Assembly (NCBI GenBank): GCA_965205505.1
Contig: CBDBHB010000006.1
Coordinates: forward strand, 64,001-128,000
From: Acidobacteriota bacterium
GTDB taxonomy: Bacteria; Acidobacteriota; UBA890; WLXD01
Length of the DNA: 64,000 nt
Direction: 5' to 3'
Numbering within the stretch: position 1 is the first letter of the stretch; each line of letters starts with the position of its first letter. Below the pieces are notes generated by a model that worked only from the letters and a program-made list of their open reading frames with translations, had not been told where the DNA came from and did no database searches. Positions 62,124 through 64,000 of the stretch are shown here, piece after piece. The translations under genes and the position numbers were made by a program.

Positions 62124-64000
62124 TCAGTCGCGGTCGATGACTGCGTCGAGGTCGGTTGTCGGAGCCTCACAGGCGTAGTTGCGGCAGGCGAAATACAGCG
62201 GTCTCGCGGTTTCCGAGACGATCGCCTTGCCGGCCAGCAGTGGTACCTCAGTCTCCAGCGCCTCGAGATCGGCCGCTTCGGGATCGAGACCGACGACGAT
62301 CTCGTGCGGTGCGAATCGGCGCCAGAGCTTGGCCAACGCCGCCCTGCTGGCGGGGTCCTCCGCCCCACCCAGAACTACCACCTCACTGTGCTCAGAGAGG
62401 TGGTCGTCGAGCGCCAGGTTCATCTGCGCAAACGCCGACGGCATGCGCTCCATGAACGACGCGAAGGCCTCCAGCGTCTGTAGGGCGGCCTTAGCGTAGC
62501 GGCTCTCGCCGGTGAGCCGGGCGAGTCGCTGCAGCCAGATGGCAGCGACGGCGTTGCCGGCCGGCGTGGCGCCGTCTTGACCCGCCTTCGAGGTTGTCAG
62601 CAGCTCCTCGTGGTCGGTCCCGGTGAACGCGAAGCCACCCTCGGCGTCGCCAAACAACTCCAGGAGCCCGTCGGCCAGCTCGCGGGCATGGCGTAGCCAA
62701 CGAAGCTCGAACGTCGACTCGAACAGCTCGATGCACGCCCAGAGCATGTTGGCGTAGCCATCGAGATAGGCGAGCAACTTGGTGGTGCCAGCGCGGTGCG
62801 TGTGCAGCAGACGCCCATCGCGTCGCATCGTCTCCAGTACGAATTCCGCTGCCCTGATTGCCGAATCCAGGTAGCGTCGATCGTCGAGCACTCGATAGCC
62901 GCGCGCCATGGCAGCAATCATGAGGCCGTTCCAATCGCTCAGGATCTTGTCGTCGAGGCCTGGTCTAATGCGGCTGTCGCGGGCCTCGAGAAGCTGCTCA
63001 CGGCAGCCCGCCAGGCGCTCGCGGAGTACTTCCGGAGCTTCCTCCAGCTCACCTGCCAGCTGCTCCAGCGAGCGCGGGAGATGAAGGATGTTGGTGCCCT
63101 CCCAGTTGCCGCTGGCGTTGACACCGTAGGCGCGCCCGAAAACCTCAGCGTTGTCTCCCAGCAGCGCCTCTAGCTCCGTCGCGTCCCAGACGTAGTACTT
63201 GCCCTCCACTCCCTCGCTGTCGGCATCGAGGGTGGAGTAGTAGCCACCGTCACTCGACTGCATCTCGCGAGCCACCCAGTCGAGCGTCTCCGAAACCGTG
63301 TCAGCCAGCGTCTGCTTGCCAGTGAGCTGATACGCCTCCAGGTAGGCCGTGGCCAGCAACGCGTTGTCGTAGAGCATCTTCTCGAAGTGCGGAACCAACC
63401 AGCGCGCGTCGGTTGCGTACCGATGGAAGCCGCCGCCGACCTGATCGTAAATACCGCCGGCCGCCATCTGATCGAGGGTGAACAGAGCCTCCTGCAGCAG
63501 GCCGGTGTCGTTGCGCGCGGTAGCGTGGCGAAGCAGCAGCGAGATCGACATGCTGTTGGGAAACTTCGGTGCTGCCCCGAAGCCGCCGTAGTTGGGGTCG
63601 AAGCGCGCGTGCAACTCCATCGCAGCGCGCTGGATCAGATTGTGGTCGAGGGACGCTTGGGCCCTGCTCACTCGCGGCGCCTGCAGGTGTTCGAGGAGCT
63701 GTGCACCGGTGGCCTCGATCTCGTCGCGGCGGTTGGCGTAGGCATCGGCAACACCGTGCAGCACCTGCGTGAAGCTCGGCATCCCGTGGCGCGGCTCGGG
63801 TGGGTAGTAGGTGCCTCCGAAGAACGGGCGCAAATCAGGAGCCAAGAACGCCGTTAGCGGCCAGCCGCCGCGCCCGGTCATCATCTGCACTGCGCGCATG
63901 TAGATATCGTCGATATCGGGGCGCTCCTCTCGATCGACCTTGATGCAGACGAAGTGCTCATTCATGAGCTCGGCGGTTGCCGGGTTCTCGAACGACTCGC
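62124..64000 (-). CDS. Thioredoxin-domain YyaL/SSP411 family protein (start outside window)
   Basis: [45 protein letters not shown]. Confidence 0.93.
   Translation of the reverse strand, partial: ESFENPATAELMNEHFVCIKVDREERPDIDDIYMRAVQMMTGRGGWPLTAFLAPDLRPFFGGTYYPPEPRHGMPSFTQVLHGVADAYANRRDEIEATGAQLLEHLQAPRVSRAQASLDHNLIQRAAMELHARFDPNYGGFGAAPKFPNSMSISLLLRHATARNDTGLLQEALFTLDQMAAGGIYDQVGGGFHRYATDARWLVPHFEKMLYDNALLATAYLEAYQLTGKQTLADTVSETLDWVAREMQSSDGGYYSTLDADSEGVEGKYYVWDATELEALLGDNAEVFGRAYGVNASGNWEGTNILHLPRSLEQLAGELEEAPEVLRERLAGCREQLLEARDSRIRPGLDDKILSDWNGLMIAAMARGYRVLDDRRYLDSAIRAAEFVLETMRRDGRLLHTHRAGTTKLLAYLDGYANMLWACIELFESTFELRWLRHARELADGLLELFGDAEGGFAFTGTDHEELLTTSKAGQDGATPAGNAVAAIWLQRLARLTGESRYAKAALQTLEAFASFMERMPSAFAQMNLALDDHLSEHSEVVVLGGAEDPASRAALAKLWRRFAPHEIVVGLDPEAADLEALETEVPLLAGKAIVSETARPLYFACRNYACEAPTTDLDAVIDRD

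Overview
GC-rich bacterial chromosomal window, probably Acidobacteriota (inferred from remnants of an ADOP-type ABC permease and of tandem Ser/Thr-kinase/TolB-repeat genes). It holds mostly housekeeping and metabolic genes: pyk, YhaO/YhaN, 2-oxoacid:ferredoxin oxidoreductase, ilvBNC with an attenuator, lemA/htpX, rpiA, lepA, rsgA, icmF, scpA/meaB, typA and msrP. The most interesting signals are non-coding. (1) A consensus sigma-54 promoter directly downstream of a GAF-AAA+ enhancer-binding protein gene has no credible protein gene after it; it precedes a ~128-nt rod-shaped, GGA-rich sequence with + strand-specific G-U pairs, a candidate new sRNA. (2) An intact IS1111-type IS110 element has a right non-coding end with an internal loop whose two strands match its reconstructed insertion site, the junction of a CTAG-ended REP-like repeat and a MITE end. 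(3) A ~170-nt structured element lies in the ilvB leader next to an empty copy of that target. (4) A mosaic of gene fragments (47.7-50 kb) contains a synonymously diverged duplicate of the icmF 3' end. All structures were paired by eye; no folding program or database search was run.
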